Assembly (NCBI RefSeq): GCF_000315625.1
Contig: NW_005434659.1
Coordinates: 435,714 to 499,713, forward strand
DNA: 64,000 nt
Source: Guillardia theta CCMP2712
Taxonomy: Eukaryota > Protista > Cryptophyta
Direction: 5' to 3'
Each line of letters opens with the position of its first letter. Within the stretch, counting starts at the first letter, position 1. The position numbers were made by a program, and so were the translations under genes. Below, piece after piece: positions 46,712 through 59,182 of this stretch. A model generated the notes under the pieces. That model did no database searches. It was not told the DNA's origin and saw only the letters and a program-made list of their open reading frames with translations.

Positions 46712-48020
46712 CAGCATGGATTCATCCGCCAGACGCAACACCGGAGGAAGCCGACCTCATCTTCATCGCAGGAGCCCAGGTAGCAGTCCCGAGCTTCTCC
46801 TTCCCCCTCTCGCCTTCCTCTCCTCCTCCTCCCTTCCGGTTCTACCTCCTCCTCCAGCTCCAGCTCCTCCCCGTCCCCCCCTCTGTAGCTCCTCCTCCTT
46901 CCCTTCCTTTTTCTCCTCCTCCTCCTCGTCCCTCTGTAGCTCCTTCTCCTCTTCCTTTTCCTCCTTATCCTCCACAGGTCGTCTCCAGGTTTGGAGGAGG
47001 AGGCTTCTTGAGCTACCCCACGGCTGTGAGCAGCACCCTCCTCCCTCTCTCCGGCTCAGCCTGCTGGACCTTCAGAATCGAGAAGCTCCGCCCTGGTGCT
47101 GCGAGACGAGCGCGACAGCAGCTGACTTGCATGGGAAGGAGCCTCCTTGAAGATCGGTCTGCTGGTAGAGGAGGAGGAGGACGGGAGGAATCGCAGGACG
47201 GGAAGGACAGGGGCTGACCCAGGTGCTCATCCCTAGTCTTCCAGGTTAGCAAGTGACTCCCCGACGCTACAGGGGGGCGTGGCTGTGAAGATACGTGGGG
47301 CCCCTGCTCCTGCTGGAGCTCTGCTGGTAGCACTGGCAGAGTTTACTTCCTCGACAACCTCGGCGACATCTACGATGGACCGATGCTGAAAGGTGCTGCT
47401 AGATGAAGATTGGAGGACAGTCAGAGTCAGGAGGAGGATGAGAATACGTGGGATGATACGGATGATACGGACGGTAATAAGAAGCAGGAGGAGCAAGAAC
47501 AGAAGCAGGAGGGGGGCGAGAGGGGGGTGGAGCAGAAGAGCAGGAGCAGAAGAAAGGAACGAGGAAGAGGAGGAGGAGGAAGGAAGAGGAGGACTTTGAC
47601 GAACAATTGGCAGTGGAGACAGCAGACTCACTTTCGTCCCACGACTTCATCATGGTTGCCTTGCACATGGGCAAGTTTCTCTTCGCAACAGCACGGAAAG
47701 GATGCTTTGAGGTGCCTCTCCCCGCCTCTCCTCCTCCTGCTCTTCGCTTGGCAGTGCAGTTCACATCCAGAGGAGACAGCATATCTCTCGTCCATCAAGT
47801 GAGCAACTCCTCCCTCGCCTCCTGGTTTCATGTTTCTCCCCTTCCTCGTTCCCCCCTGGCCGCCTTCCTCCCCTCATTTCCAGAGCATGGAAGCCTTTCA
47901 TCCTTCCTTTCTCTTTGACTGCATGCTCTTTCAGCAACTCTGGGATAAGGGAGCTACTGAGGATCCCTTCTTTCACTTCACGCGCATTGTGGCCGAGCAC
48001 GATCTTCTCTATCAGCAGTG
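46712..48020 (+). CDS. Hypothetical protein fragments (may continue the preceding gene)
   Basis: Non-repetitive exon-like islands between SSR-rich gaps (AWIHPPDATPEEADLIFIAGAQ; HDFIMVALHMGKFLF; QLWDKGATEDPFFHF). Confidence 0.35.
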
Positions 48021-48193
48021 AGGTTTGCATGTTGCCAACACTAGTCGGTATCAGGGCGCGGGAGAGCTGTTTGCGTTAGATTGGGCTTCATGGCTGCAAT
48101 GAGAAATCGCACAAAAAGGAGCATGAGAAGCAAGCTCTCGCACGCACTTAGTGTTGATAATATACATTTGTGTGTACTTCCTGTTGCAGCAAT

Positions 48194-49705
48194 TCACAAA
48201 GAAGTGGAAACATGCGAGCCTTCTGGACTTCCGAATGCAAACAACAAAATCTTGAACAAGACAGCATCGTCCAGCAGCAAAAGTAGGCTGTCTGCTCCCA
48301 TTCTCCTGATGCACTCGGGTGTCAAGGAGCAAGAAAAACAAACAGGCTTCCAACCTGTGCTGACCCATGCATACAGCTATGTGTCGTTGCAACAGAAAGT
48401 CGATGAGACGATCAGCGTCACGGATAGCCACCATGCTCTCCCCCCTCGAGCCCGCTGAGATGTTTTGCAGGGCACGGACGATCCCTGCATCCCACAGACC
48501 TTGTATGCAAGCATTGACCAGGGTGATGTTCGAGATGCAATCCATGGCGAGCTCTAGAGTATTAGTACCAGTCTTCTGATCCCACGTGTTGCCAAGACTT
48601 GCGATAACATCTGCGAGACCATACTTCATTAACAGGGCAACATTCTTCTTGTTTGTTGTCATGTTCCGCAGTCCAAACAGAACCGCGGGAGGCAGCCAAG
48701 TGATGGTTGCGAATCTTTCCCCTCTGATTGCATATTCCAATACCTTTACAATTGTTCTAAGTGCAAACCCGTTTGCCTGTGGACAAACTTGATTGTTCAT
48801 GCCCGTGAGGTTAGCAAGAGCTAAAGTCCCTCGAGCGATGGTTGCCTCATTCTCGTTTGAGCTGGTATCACATTTTGCGCGCAGTGCAGGCAAAAGGATA
48901 TCTTCAACGAAGCCCTCCTTCAGCAGTATTTCCGAAACTAACGGGCAGCGAGAGAGGTGATTGATGACACCAAAAGCATGAAGTTTGAACTTCTTCGCAG
49001 ATTTCTGCAGACACGCAATCAATTGCGTTATGGTGTTATCAAGTAGACAACAGTGCTCATACCTTCAAAGCCCGAATGCTCCCCGGCACTTGGATGAACA
49101 ATCTCGCGGACTCTGTACAATTTGCAGCTAGATTGTTGATAACACGAACGGCGTCCACATCTGTCTCAAGTCTCTCAACAACTGCCTCCAACAACCCTGG
49201 AACTTTAACTATCCTCAAGCACACACGTTCGCTGCATGATGCCGCAAGTTGGCCATCGGTATTTGCGGCAGCCTGTGCCACTGCACGCAATGCAGCTGTG
49301 CTTGTGATCTCAAACTGAATGAATCTGAACGAAAAGGCAATCATATGCTGTTCCAGCATGTCAAAGATGATCAGTTACCTTGTCAAAGCTTCCAAAGCGT
49401 TGGGTGTTTCAACCAGCCTGAGCTTGCTTTCTACCCCTCGGATTGAATCGAATAGCCTTCCACTTGTAAGGACATCCGGAAATTCAGCAGCAAGTTCTAA
49501 TGCAACTTGCTGTGCATAAGCAGAGCTCCCAGGTTCAGCTATGTTCATCTCGTACAGTAGGCGCTGTGCAGAAGATTGGATCTGAAAAAGAAGTTCCTCC
49601 TGGCTTTCGCCATGCAATGTAGACGACACAAGATGCGATCAATGGCACAACATTGCCCAAAAGAAATTAACAAAACTGATATTTCCCTCCTGTGCAATTC
49701 TTCAT
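48194..49705 (-). CDS. ARM/HEAT-like helical repeat protein; multi-exon; start uncertain
   Basis: ARM-like segments AVRVINNLAAN, AFGVINHLSR, TLALANLTG, LFGLRNMTT and MDCISNIT. Spliced C-terminus MGQHRRMGADSLLLLLDDAVLFKIL...TSL*. Confidence 0.6.
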
Positions 49706-50194
49706 CCACCCATCAAACCCTTGTTCCACAAAGACCGTCTAGATGCTTGTTCCTCCCCGTCACCAGTTCCCACCTCTTCTCGTCTGCAGTTCAATTTTCA
49801 CTACCTCTCCCCTTGTCGACTCAGTGCCATCACTGTTCGGTTCTGCTTCCTCCTCCTCTCTCCCTTCGCCCCTCTCGCCCACATCGCTACTTGTCCGACC
49901 ATTGCCGCAGGGACGCAATGGGGTCGCAAAGTGCTAAAATGTTTTTAAAATTCAAGCTGTTTGGTACTAGCCTATATATTGTTTCTATAAAAAATATTCT
50001 ATCATGCCCCATTTGTACTTGGAAACCAGAATGTTTATACAAGATAAAACCATTAATCTGGTACTAAAAAGTTTAGGGGCATTACAATTATATACAGATC
50101 TTGAGTCACTTTAAGATACCAGTACAAACAGTTGTAAAACACAGTACAATGGTTGATATTGCAGTACCAACATCCTGACAGTAGTGATCTCGCC

Positions 50195-50830
50195 ACACTG
50201 TTTTACTGAACCGCCGCTGGGCCTGCCAGCACGGTCACCTGAGTGCCTGAGTGCCCCCCGGGCCCGGCCGTACTACCGGGCCCTTGCGGCAGCCGGGCTG
50301 ATGTCCCCGGCCCCGGCAAACGAAGTTTTTTACCCCCGCCCCGGGAGTTCGGGACCGGGAGTCACTACTGGAAGGGTCTCAACGGCCCGGGCCGAGGCTT
50401 GATAGTCCGACGGCCCCGATCATGGCACTGAGCGGCGGGCGGCGCGGCCGCCGGCACCGTTCAGCGGCACAGGCTCAGCCACTGGCCCGATCAGATGCAT
50501 GATGGTCACCGCCCGGCGTCACCGTCCGGTTCCGTTGCCGAACTGAGGCTTGCAAGACAGGCTCGCAGCTCAGCCTTCCCGAGGCCCCGGCGGGCTCCTG
50601 AGTGCGCGGCGGGGGGCTGACAGTGCGTCCGGGCCGCCCCGGGCCCCCGCGGGCCCCGCCCCGACTCGGCTCGCCGGGGCCGGCCGATGCCGCTGGTAGT
50701 TGTACGGTACTACTAGGCTAAGAGGCCCGGGCCGGGGGCAACACTCAGCCCCTCGTCGGAACTTGCGAACCGTCCGAGTCGGGGGGGGAGGCACGTTACC
50801 GGGCCGGAAAGTGACCAGATGATGTGGCGG
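50195..50830. promoter_or_regulatory. GC-rich CCGG/GGCC island between divergent genes
   Basis: Dense ccgg/gccc/cggc words of the same type as 16750-17260 and 61880-62560; no credible ORF. Confidence 0.4.
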
Positions 50831-51001
50831 CAAACTTTGATATGCTCAGCCGCCCTGATGCCGCCACTGATGCCGCAGGGAGGGCCCTGCCGAGGGGAGT
50901 CGAGCGACCTCTGCGTTTGAATGGCGCGTGATGGCGGGAAGGGGAGTAGAGTGTGTCTGAGTCAGTCCCTTGGAGCTGGTTGAAGTGTCAGTGTATCCGT
51001 G

Positions 51002-53336
51002 ATGAAGGCTGCTAGCTTCACCAGTAGTCCAGGTCACATGCATCATGGAGCCCCCCCGACGGCGAGGAAGCGAGCGGGGACTTTGAGTGTGACGACTGTG
51101 CTTTTTGCTGTGCTGTTGATCGGAATGGCCTTACTCGGACAACTGCACTTTTGTTCGGAGTTTGGAGTCGGGTTTGGCACACGGGCCAAGACTATGATGG
51201 AGTTGCAGAGGTTGAGGAATGCAGAGAAGAAGATGTATGAGTTGGAGTCTGAGATCGAGTTCATCATCGAGCTCGGGAAGCTGCGAGGCGTTGATCTGAG
51301 CTCATACAGGAACACGAAAGACAAGCATGCCACCTTAGGCTCCCTCCGCCCCAGGTTGAGATCACCGTCAGGCAATGCGGCTGGGACGTTTGATGGAGAG
51401 GATCGCATTAATGGCAGCGCAGTGGCCGGGCATCAAAACCGCACGAGGCACGAGAACAAGACCTTGCTCTCTGCTTATGAAGAGACAACAAGCTGGCTAG
51501 TGGCTGAGACTCCTTTTGGCTCCAACGACGGCGTTTATGACATTGTACCCCGATATGCAGTGACGGCCGGGGCGACTTACACTCGGTGGATGGAAGATCG
51601 ATTCAGAGAGAAGGGCGGGAGGTACTGGAACACGACCCGGAAGACGGAGGGGACGGAGAAGATCAAGAGGATTTGGATCTGGGGCGAAAGGAACAGCTGT
51701 ACCTCAGTAGTCACTGAGCTCATCCGGAAGAACTTCAACCTTGAGTGCGGCAACGACGGGCCGGCGCCCGGTGGGGCTCAGAAGGACAAGAACAAGTCGA
51801 AGGTGTTGGAAGTTGACTGTGTGATTGGCGGGTTGCCCTGGAAGCATGATTTCGTCCGGCGAGCAGGTAACATGCCATTTTCCATCGTTGAAACAGTCAC
51901 TGACTTGCCCGGGCGGCGGCCCGCTACCGCGTGCAGATTTCAGTAAGCAGGACAGCACCCTCAACATACTGGTGACGAGGCATCCCTACGAATGGCTCTC
52001 TTCGATGAAACGCCATCCTTTCTATGCACATCTTCATTACAACATGCCGTCGATGGAAGCATTTCTACTGAGAGAGTGGGTTTCCTTTCAGGTCGGCAAG
52101 GGCGCCCCGAAGCCTAAAGGCGGCAGGTCTTCCAAGATGACTTGGGCGGGCCTTGCCACGAAAACGAATCATTCTTGTATCACCAACAAGAGGCTGCTTC
52201 CGGGAGAAACCTGTTTGTTATCAGAGACACTTTACGAGTGCACCAGCCTGCCCGGAATGGACTCGTCGCTCTGGCAGCACTACAACAACGAGATTTCAAT
52301 CCCGAACTGCGAAAACGCAGAAACGAGCGCATCCTATTGTGTGGGTGCGTTCTTGTGCCTCTGGAAGAATTCTTCTAGGCCATGGTGGACGGACTTCGAC
52401 GCCTGGCAGCGGCTAGTCGAGAAAATCATTCACACTGCACCAGACTTCGAAAACAGCGTCGCCGGAGTGGCGTCGCTTGAACCAGGTTCAGCTCACAGTG
52501 TCAAGTACGAGTGCATCCCCGTGCCGGGGTACAGGAACAGCCTGGGGGATGAGTTGGCGCCTTCGATGTCTTGCCTGGACGGTCGCAAGTCATGGAACAA
52601 GTGCAAGGCCGGCAAGTTCTTGTGCGTGAACAAGGACAAGCAGCTGTGGGTTACCCACAGGAACGTCTGGAACTCGTTGAGGAAGATCCTGGAGTCAGCC
52701 AACAAGCATTTCCATTCCAAGGATGAGAAGCACACCAATTTCAAGGCGGCTCCTCGCCTGGCTGCGGGGGAGCTCCTACAAGACAGGGATCCGGACACTC
52801 TGGAGCGGTTCCCCAACATCCTTGCCATGAGGGAGGCGAAGATCATGGATTGGATGTTTATTTCTGACCAGATGTACAACTTCTCGTCTCACATTGCTTG
52901 CAGAGAGTTCTTCCTCGACCCGGCTGTGGTGCTGGAGAGGCTCCAACAAACTTTTGGGCTGGCGAGGAGGAGCCCTGGAGGCGGCTGGGACCTGTCGCAG
53001 TGCGAGATGGTGCACGGAGTGTCGTTTTGCAAGAACAGCAAGGGGAAGAAGGTAGCCTCGGACTGGAACGAGGCGAAGATGGTGGAGAAGAGAAACTTCT
53101 ACCTGTCGGGCAAGTTCATGCAGGACTTCACTCAGGACGCCCTTGACATCGCCAACGCATGGCTGAGCCCTGACCTGGAGGCCGCGCTGGGCTACGAGCT
53201 CGTCAACGACCTCACCTTGGCTTCTGCTCCTTACGATCCTATCAGCCGGTGCACCGTGCATCGACCGTACAACGCTCCCATGTCCGCAGCATGTCTCACA
53301 GAGTTCAAGCACAAGGCAGAGGCGGCGAGCAGGTAA
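51002..53336 (+). CDS. Type II membrane sulfotransferase-like protein (one intron, ~51867-51936)
   Basis: N-terminal TM (VLFAVLLIGMALL) and coiled stem. 5'-PSB-like IWIWGERNSCT, WKH, and 3'-PB-like LVTRHPYEWLSSM. Confidence 0.6.
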
Positions 53337-53864
53337 GAGGCTGCTAGCAGAGCCCTCTTGTAGCCTGTTCTCTCCTCCCTCCTGCCGTCCTGCCAGGCTG
53401 TTTGCTGCTCTTCCCCCCCTCCCCCCCTCCCCTCCCACCAATGCCATGGCGCCTTAAAAAAAAAATTAATTTCCGAAAATTGATTGTTATGATGTCACCT
53501 TGGCGGCTCGCCATGCTCGTTCACGTGCCCTTGCCTCCTCCTGAGCTCCTCTATGCCTGCAGCATCAGTCCTGCCAACTTCCTACCCTGCTAGCTCCTCC
53601 TCCTCCTCCTCTCCTTCTGCTCCGACACCCCCCCAGGGTATCCTTGAAGCCTGGTGGTTGATGTGCAAGTACAGTGAGCATGTAAGATCGCTCCTCTGGT
53701 AGAGGGGACGTTGTGAGCGGCAGAGGGCGACTCAGTCCGTAAATTTTAGGGCGGTCCCCGGTTGATTGCAGTTATCGTGAGCCAGCCAGTGGTATGAATC
53801 GAGCCCTCCCGGCAAAGAGCAAGATATCAAAACTACGCGGTCAGCCACTCATACGCTCCAAGTC

Positions 53865-53970
53865 CCTCCCTCCCTCCCTCCCTTGCTCCCTCCCTTGCTC
53901 CCTCCCTTGCTCCCTTGCTCCCTCCCTTGCTCCCTCCCTTGCTCCCTTGCTCCCTTGCTCCCCTCCCCTC
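53865..53970. repeat. CCTTGCTC(CCT) tandem repeat
   Basis: About 9 copies of 8-12-bp units. Confidence 0.8.
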
Positions 53971-54339
53971 CCTCGCTCCACCCCGGCCACTCCCTCCCCT
54001 CCTGACCTCAATTGATTATGATTGACTAGAGCGTAACGGAGAAGAACGGCCAGTCTATTTCGGGAGAGACGTCAGAGTGCGGAGATATGGCGGGGAGAAG
54101 TAGATGGAAGGGGACAAGGAGAGGAGAGCAGCAGAGCAGCAGAGCAGCAGAGCAGCAGAGCAGCAGAGCACTGAGACGCAAGGACTGAGCCATGGCAAGG
54201 GAGCAAGTAGCATGAGGTTCGGAGGATGTCTGGTTCAAGGATGCACCTTGAAGTTCTCTCTCTCTCTCCCTCTCCCCCCCTCCCTCCTCTCTCTTCCCCA
54301 TTGACTCGATGGTGACCGCAGAGACTCGAGCCTGCGGAG

Positions 54340-56606
54340 ATGAGGGTCGCACCGCATGACCCTTCCTTGACGAGCAGCGCGCCCCGCTACTCCCACGTCC
54401 TGCGGCTGGTTGGAGCAGGTGGGAGGGGAGAGGCGCCTCTGTGCTCGAGCCTGAAAGATCAACTTGACTCAGGGTTGCTCGTCTTCCTTGGTGTCGTAGC
54501 TGTCGTCAAGGTGACGAACGGCAGTCAAGATGCGGTCAACCTGTTGGCATCGGCCGTCAAGGGAGAACCGAGCAAGGCAGAGAGTGAAGTGCAGCACAAG
54601 ACCTCCCCCGGTTCATCTCTGAAGAGCGCGAAGCCAGGAGCTGCGGCCCAGTCCATGTCGACTCAGGTGGTGCCTAGTTGAGGGGATGCAGGACTCTCAT
54701 CGTCATCAGGTGGAGAAGCTGTCGCAGAAGATCAAGACGATCAAGTCGAAGAACCAGAAGCTGAGCCAAGTGCAGATGGCTGACCTCTACCGTGAGATCC
54801 AAGAGCTTGAGAAGCAGGAGAGGAGGCGAGTGGCTGCGAGGAAAGAGGTACCCCAGGAAGGAGGAAGAGAAAGGCAGGCTAAGGTTAACGGCAGGCCATT
54901 GAGAAGGCTCTCGATGCGACGTCCAAGTGCGACGATGCAGACTGGGGCTGCAAGAAGGCTCACGAGCAGCTGAAGTGGAAGGCAAGCAAGGACAAGTAGG
55001 ATGTTGACTTGGGTTTTCTTACTCTTGATCTTGACCTGCTTGTCTCCCTGTCAGGTACGAACGAGCAGCCATGACAGAAATCGCGAAAGAGGATCATGCA
55101 CGTGAAAACACATCTGAGGATAGCGAGACAGAGTTTGCAGCTGATGAGAAGAAGGCAAGTGAACTGTCCAGTGTCAAGCCACTTCAGACCTTGCAGCAGC
55201 GATCGCAACAGGCCGAGGTCAACACTTGTGTCACCACATGAGACTTTGTGATGAATGCTTGCTGTAGAGCGCTAGATCAGCCAAGGAGAAGGCGATGATG
55301 AGCATCTTGACCAAGGAGAGGCATGAGCTGGAGAAGTTGGACCAGGAGGAAAAGAAGGAGAGGGAGTTGCAAGCCGCCAAGAAACAGAAGATAGTCGATC
55401 AGAAGGTTTTGCTTGTGAGGATGGAACACTCAAAGAAAGTGACAAGTTGCGTTCAGATGGATAAACAACTTCAAGACGATGTTCGTTCCACCATCTACTC
55501 CTCGCGGTTGCAGCCGACGTTGCAAGAGGTGATGGAGCGTCGCGCAGGCTTGCCGAGCTTAACCTGATCACGCAGAGCCGGGCAAAGGAAGGAAGCAACG
55601 ACGAAAAGAGCAGCGCTGCTCATGTACCGATCCTATACTCCTCCTCCTCCTCCTGCTCCTGCTCCTGCTCCTGCTCTTGCACCTACGCTACTGACGAGGC
55701 CCCAGGACGTGTTGGCACGCCGATCGTCCATCAACGACGCTGTCTCGAGCAACCGCAAGGACCTGGAGGAGGCTGAGGCGATCGAGCAAGGGAGGAGGAA
55801 GGCGTTCGACGACCACGTGAAGCAGCTGAGAGACGAAGTTGAGAAGAGCCGCGAAGCTCGGGAGAAGGAGCTGAAGGGCAAGGGGAAGGTGAGGAGGAGA
55901 CGGCGAGTGAAGATGGAGCTGACGGGATCACCAGGAGTCACCCACAGCCAAGATGTCGCAATACGATCGTGACGTCTTCAACGCCGAGCAGAGCGAGAGG
56001 GCGAAGGTGCAGCTGGAGCGGAGTGAGCGAGAGAAGACCCTCAAGAACCACGAGCTGCTGGCCAAGAGGGAGCAAGAGGTCGCCAACGAGAAGGTCTCGC
56101 AGGCGCTCAAGGATGCGGACGACGCGACTGAGTTCATCCCCAACGTGAAGAGGATGAGGTCAGCGTCTGCTGCTCCTAGGTAGCCTGTGACGCTTCTCAG
56201 CCGAGTGGTGGAGGACGAGTACCACAAGGACTTGAACGAGGCGTCCAAGGTCGACGCCATGAGGGAGAAGGGTGAGAGGAGGAGGAGGAGGTGGAGGAGG
56301 AGGAGGAGGAGGAGGAGGAGGAGGAGGAGGATGAAATTTCTGTCAGATATGCATTCGAAGATCGCAACAAGCCTCAAGCAACAAGACGCAATGGCCAAGA
56401 AGATGGTACTCCTCTTCCTCTTCGTCACCTCTTCTTCTCCTCCAGCTCCCCTTCTGCTCCTTCTTTGTTACCCTTGCTGACGTCATCATCGGCAGCAAGC
56501 GCAAGCAAACCTCGAGGCCATGAAGGCGTTGCAGGAATCGGCAGCTGCTTCTGGATGGGGCGAGCAAGCGACGGGTCTGGCTGCCTCGCCCTCAGATGAA
56601 GTCTGA
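54340..56606 (+). CDS. Long E/K/R-rich coiled-coil hypothetical protein; multi-exon
   Basis: Successive charged helical exons (QVEKLSQKIKTIKSKNQKL; ELEKLDQEEKKERELQAAKK; EREKTLKNHELLAKREQE) separated by short GT-AG introns. Confidence 0.55.
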
Positions 56607-56893
56607 CGACTCGCAGCAGCAGGTCGAGCGCCTCCTTTGAGCTCGGCGCAGCAAGTGATCGCAGATCGGGTAAAGGAAGAGTCGCAGCCGAGGCTCCTCT
56701 GACACTCCTGGCAGGATGCGGAGGTAAAGACAATCCTGGGCTTCTAAGATTCTTGACCCCCCCGCTCGCCCCCTCCTCCTCCTTCCCCCGCCGCCATCAA
56801 GTTAACCAAACTTGAAATAAATCGTGTTCGACCTTACGTCCCCCCTTTCCCCCCCCCCCCCCGCGTTCCTCCTTGTCCCCAACTGCCCAATGG

Positions 56894-59182
56894 TCACGTC
56901 CACCCTCCAGCTGGAGTCTTGCCGAGCGTCTCCACCCTGCGCGCGAGCTCGTCCATAATGCCTGTGAACGCGTCGCCGTCCTCCGGGGGCCGCTGGTAGG
57001 TCATCCGCTTCCAGACCTCTTTGAGCCCCTCCTGCTTCCTCCGGATCACCGTCTCGTTGATGGAGGACAGGATACTCTCGAGCTCCAGGATCCTCCTCTG
57101 CTCTACCTTCACCGTGAACCTGGAGTAGTCGAGGCGCTGCTGGAACGGCAGCTGGACGTCGTCCGTCAGCAGCACGGGAATACACCCCAGGAGGATGGCC
57201 TCGAAGAAGCGCACGCTCCACAGCTCCCAGCCAGCGGGGGCCAGGCAGAAGACGGAGCGGAGCAGCTCGTCATGGTAGGAGGAGCTGTTGATCCTGTCGC
57301 TCACCACCCATCCCCTCACCCTGCTGTACCTCCGGAGGAGGAGCTGACGGATCCCGAGCGAGTAGTCCTTGTTGTAGAGCAGCGCCTTGACAGACCCTGC
57401 CGCCGTCCCCCGGAAGTAGACCAGGATGTCCCTCCCCCTTGTCCTTTCCCCCATGTAGCTAGCGGTCAGGGCAGGATGGGGGACGAGAGGAGGGATAACA
57501 ACGTCCTTGAACAGCTGGAAGCAGGGGAGCCTCGAACGGACCGCAAACTCCTCGCTGCTCCCCATGTGGTCTGCCGCTCTCGCCGCGTACCATGCCGGCC
57601 TGACGAGCGTGCGGTCGCCGGAGGTGACAAGGAGGATGGAGTTGTGCAGCTCCAGGAAGGGACCCTGGCACGACCCCCAGTCCGAGCTGAGCACCAGCAC
57701 GTGGTCAGCACCAGCAGAGCGGTCGAAGAAGGGGTAGGTCTGCCGGACATGCTCTAGAACAAGCTGCACGGCCTGGTATGTCTTGCCGATGTCAACGTCG
57801 TTGTCAGGCCAGCCGGGGCCCGGGCGGACGAAGTGAGAGGAGAGGAAGCAAGCGGCGTAGAGGGGGATGAAGAAGAGGTCTGCCGCGCCCGGATCGAGCG
57901 TGAGGGAGTCGCTGAGGAGGAGCTGCTCATGGATGTAGACCTCGGCCGCGTAGATGCTGTTGCGACATTGCTGCATGTTCAAGCTCAACATCGCTGAGTT
58001 CCACTGCGGGTGGATGTCGTAGACAAAGACCTTCATCTTCCTCCTCTTCTTCTTCCCCCGAGCCGGCGAGTCCCCCTTGGACTGGCCTTGATCGCGGAGG
58101 GACACGGACTGGCGGAAGTGCTGCTGCGCTTCTTCCTTCCTTCCCAGCATCTTCAGCACAGTCCCCAGCAGGAATCGGCTTTCAGACGAGGTCGGGTTGT
58201 AGGAGACAGACTTGAGCAGCAGGGCCTCTGCCTCTCTCAGTTTCTCCATCGTGCTGGAGTTCTCCTGCTTCTCCTGCCGCATCCACACTGGCAGACGGTC
58301 GCTGCCCTGCAGCCTCGCCTCTTCCTGCGCCATCTCCGTCGCTTCTCCCACCAGGATCTCCGCCATCTTCGCCAGCGCGTCTGCATCCTTAGGCTGGAGC
58401 TCAAGGCACTTTCGGAGGTAGGAGGAGGACAGCGAGTGGTTGCCGGCCAGCCTGGCAGCTATCGACGCCTCCTTGTAGGGAGACAAGGAGGAAGGGTTGA
58501 TCTTGATCGCATCCTCGTACATGCGACGAGCCTTCTCAAGGTACCCGAGCGTCAGGTAGGCATTGCCTGCCATGTACTTCAAGTTCCATGCATTCTCTGT
58601 GCTCCCTCCGCCCATGGCCTTCTCGTAGTGCTGCACGGCCTTGACCAGATCTTGCCTGTGGGTGTGATAGATGTACCCGATCTTGAAGTGAACATCTGCC
58701 GCGTTCGGCTTCGAGGCAGCTGCTTGCTCAAGGTACACAAGTGCCCCATCTTGGTCCCCCGCTAGAGAAACCTTCTCAGCCAGGAAGTACCAGAGGAAAT
58801 GGCTGAGCGCTGTTGCCGATAGCTCGTCATTGTAGTCAACGATTCTACTCTCTCCCTGATCGGGCAACAAGACTAGCGAGCCTTTGCGCTTGCCGGTGTA
58901 CTTCCAACCATCTTTCAGCAGGCAGAACCTCACCCTCCCCTCAAACACCATCGCAACCTCAATCAGCACCCTCTTCCCCTCCTTGCACGAGGAGCACTTG
59001 CTCCCTGTCACCAGGCACATCCAGACTCCTCTCTTCAGATGGTCGCGATAGCTGCTCTCGTCCATTGCGACTAGGCTCGGATTCGAATCCTTCCTGCATG
59101 CCACCAGGTGGAGGAAGAGCAAGGCTAGCAGTGAGACGAGGATCCACCCCCTCCGAAAGGGACGAGCGAAAGGGGGAACCAT
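56894..59182 (-). CDS. Secretory thioredoxin-like + TPR + exostosin (GT47) glycosyltransferase; intronless
   Basis: Signal/TM WILVSLLALLFLHLVAC. Trx-like VWMCLVTGSKCSSCK, then TPRs. GT47 motifs KVFVYDI, ADLFFIPLY, GADHVLVLSSDWG, DVVIPP and SVFCLAPAGWELWSVRFFEAILLGCIPV. Confidence 0.9.
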   Translation of the reverse strand: MVPPFARPFRRGWILVSLLALLFLHLVACRKDSNPSLVAMDESSYRDHLKRGVWMCLVTGSKCSSCKEGKRVLIEVAMVFEGRVRFCLLKDGWKYTGKRKGSLVLLPDQGESRIVDYNDELSATALSHFLWYFLAEKVSLAGDQDGALVYLEQAAASKPNAADVHFKIGYIYHTHRQDLVKAVQHYEKAMGGGSTENAWNLKYMAGNAYLTLGYLEKARRMYEDAIKINPSSLSPYKEASIAARLAGNHSLSSSYLRKCLELQPKDADALAKMAEILVGEATEMAQEEARLQGSDRLPVWMRQEKQENSSTMEKLREAEALLLKSVSYNPTSSESRFLLGTVLKMLGRKEEAQQHFRQSVSLRDQGQSKGDSPARGKKKRRKMKVFVYDIHPQWNSAMLSLNMQQCRNSIYAAEVYIHEQLLLSDSLTLDPGAADLFFIPLYAACFLSSHFVRPGPGWPDNDVDIGKTYQAVQLVLEHVRQTYPFFDRSAGADHVLVLSSDWGSCQGPFLELHNSILLVTSGDRTLVRPAWYAARAADHMGSSEEFAVRSRLPCFQLFKDVVIPPLVPHPALTASYMGERTRGRDILVYFRGTAAGSVKALLYNKDYSLGIRQLLLRRYSRVRGWVVSDRINSSSYHDELLRSVFCLAPAGWELWSVRFFEAILLGCIPVLLTDDVQLPFQQRLDYSRFTVKVEQRRILELESILSSINETVIRRKQEGLKEVWKRMTYQRPPEDGDAFTGIMDELARRVETLGKTPAGGWT

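Noticed and set aside
45726-47217. 474-aa and 265-aa Pro/Ser-rich ORFs
   Set aside because: They read through pyrimidine-repeat introns that lack stop codons; only parts are likely exonic.
56873-58765. Long + strand ORFs (294 and 251 aa)
   Set aside because: Antisense shadows of the GC3-rich GT47 gene.
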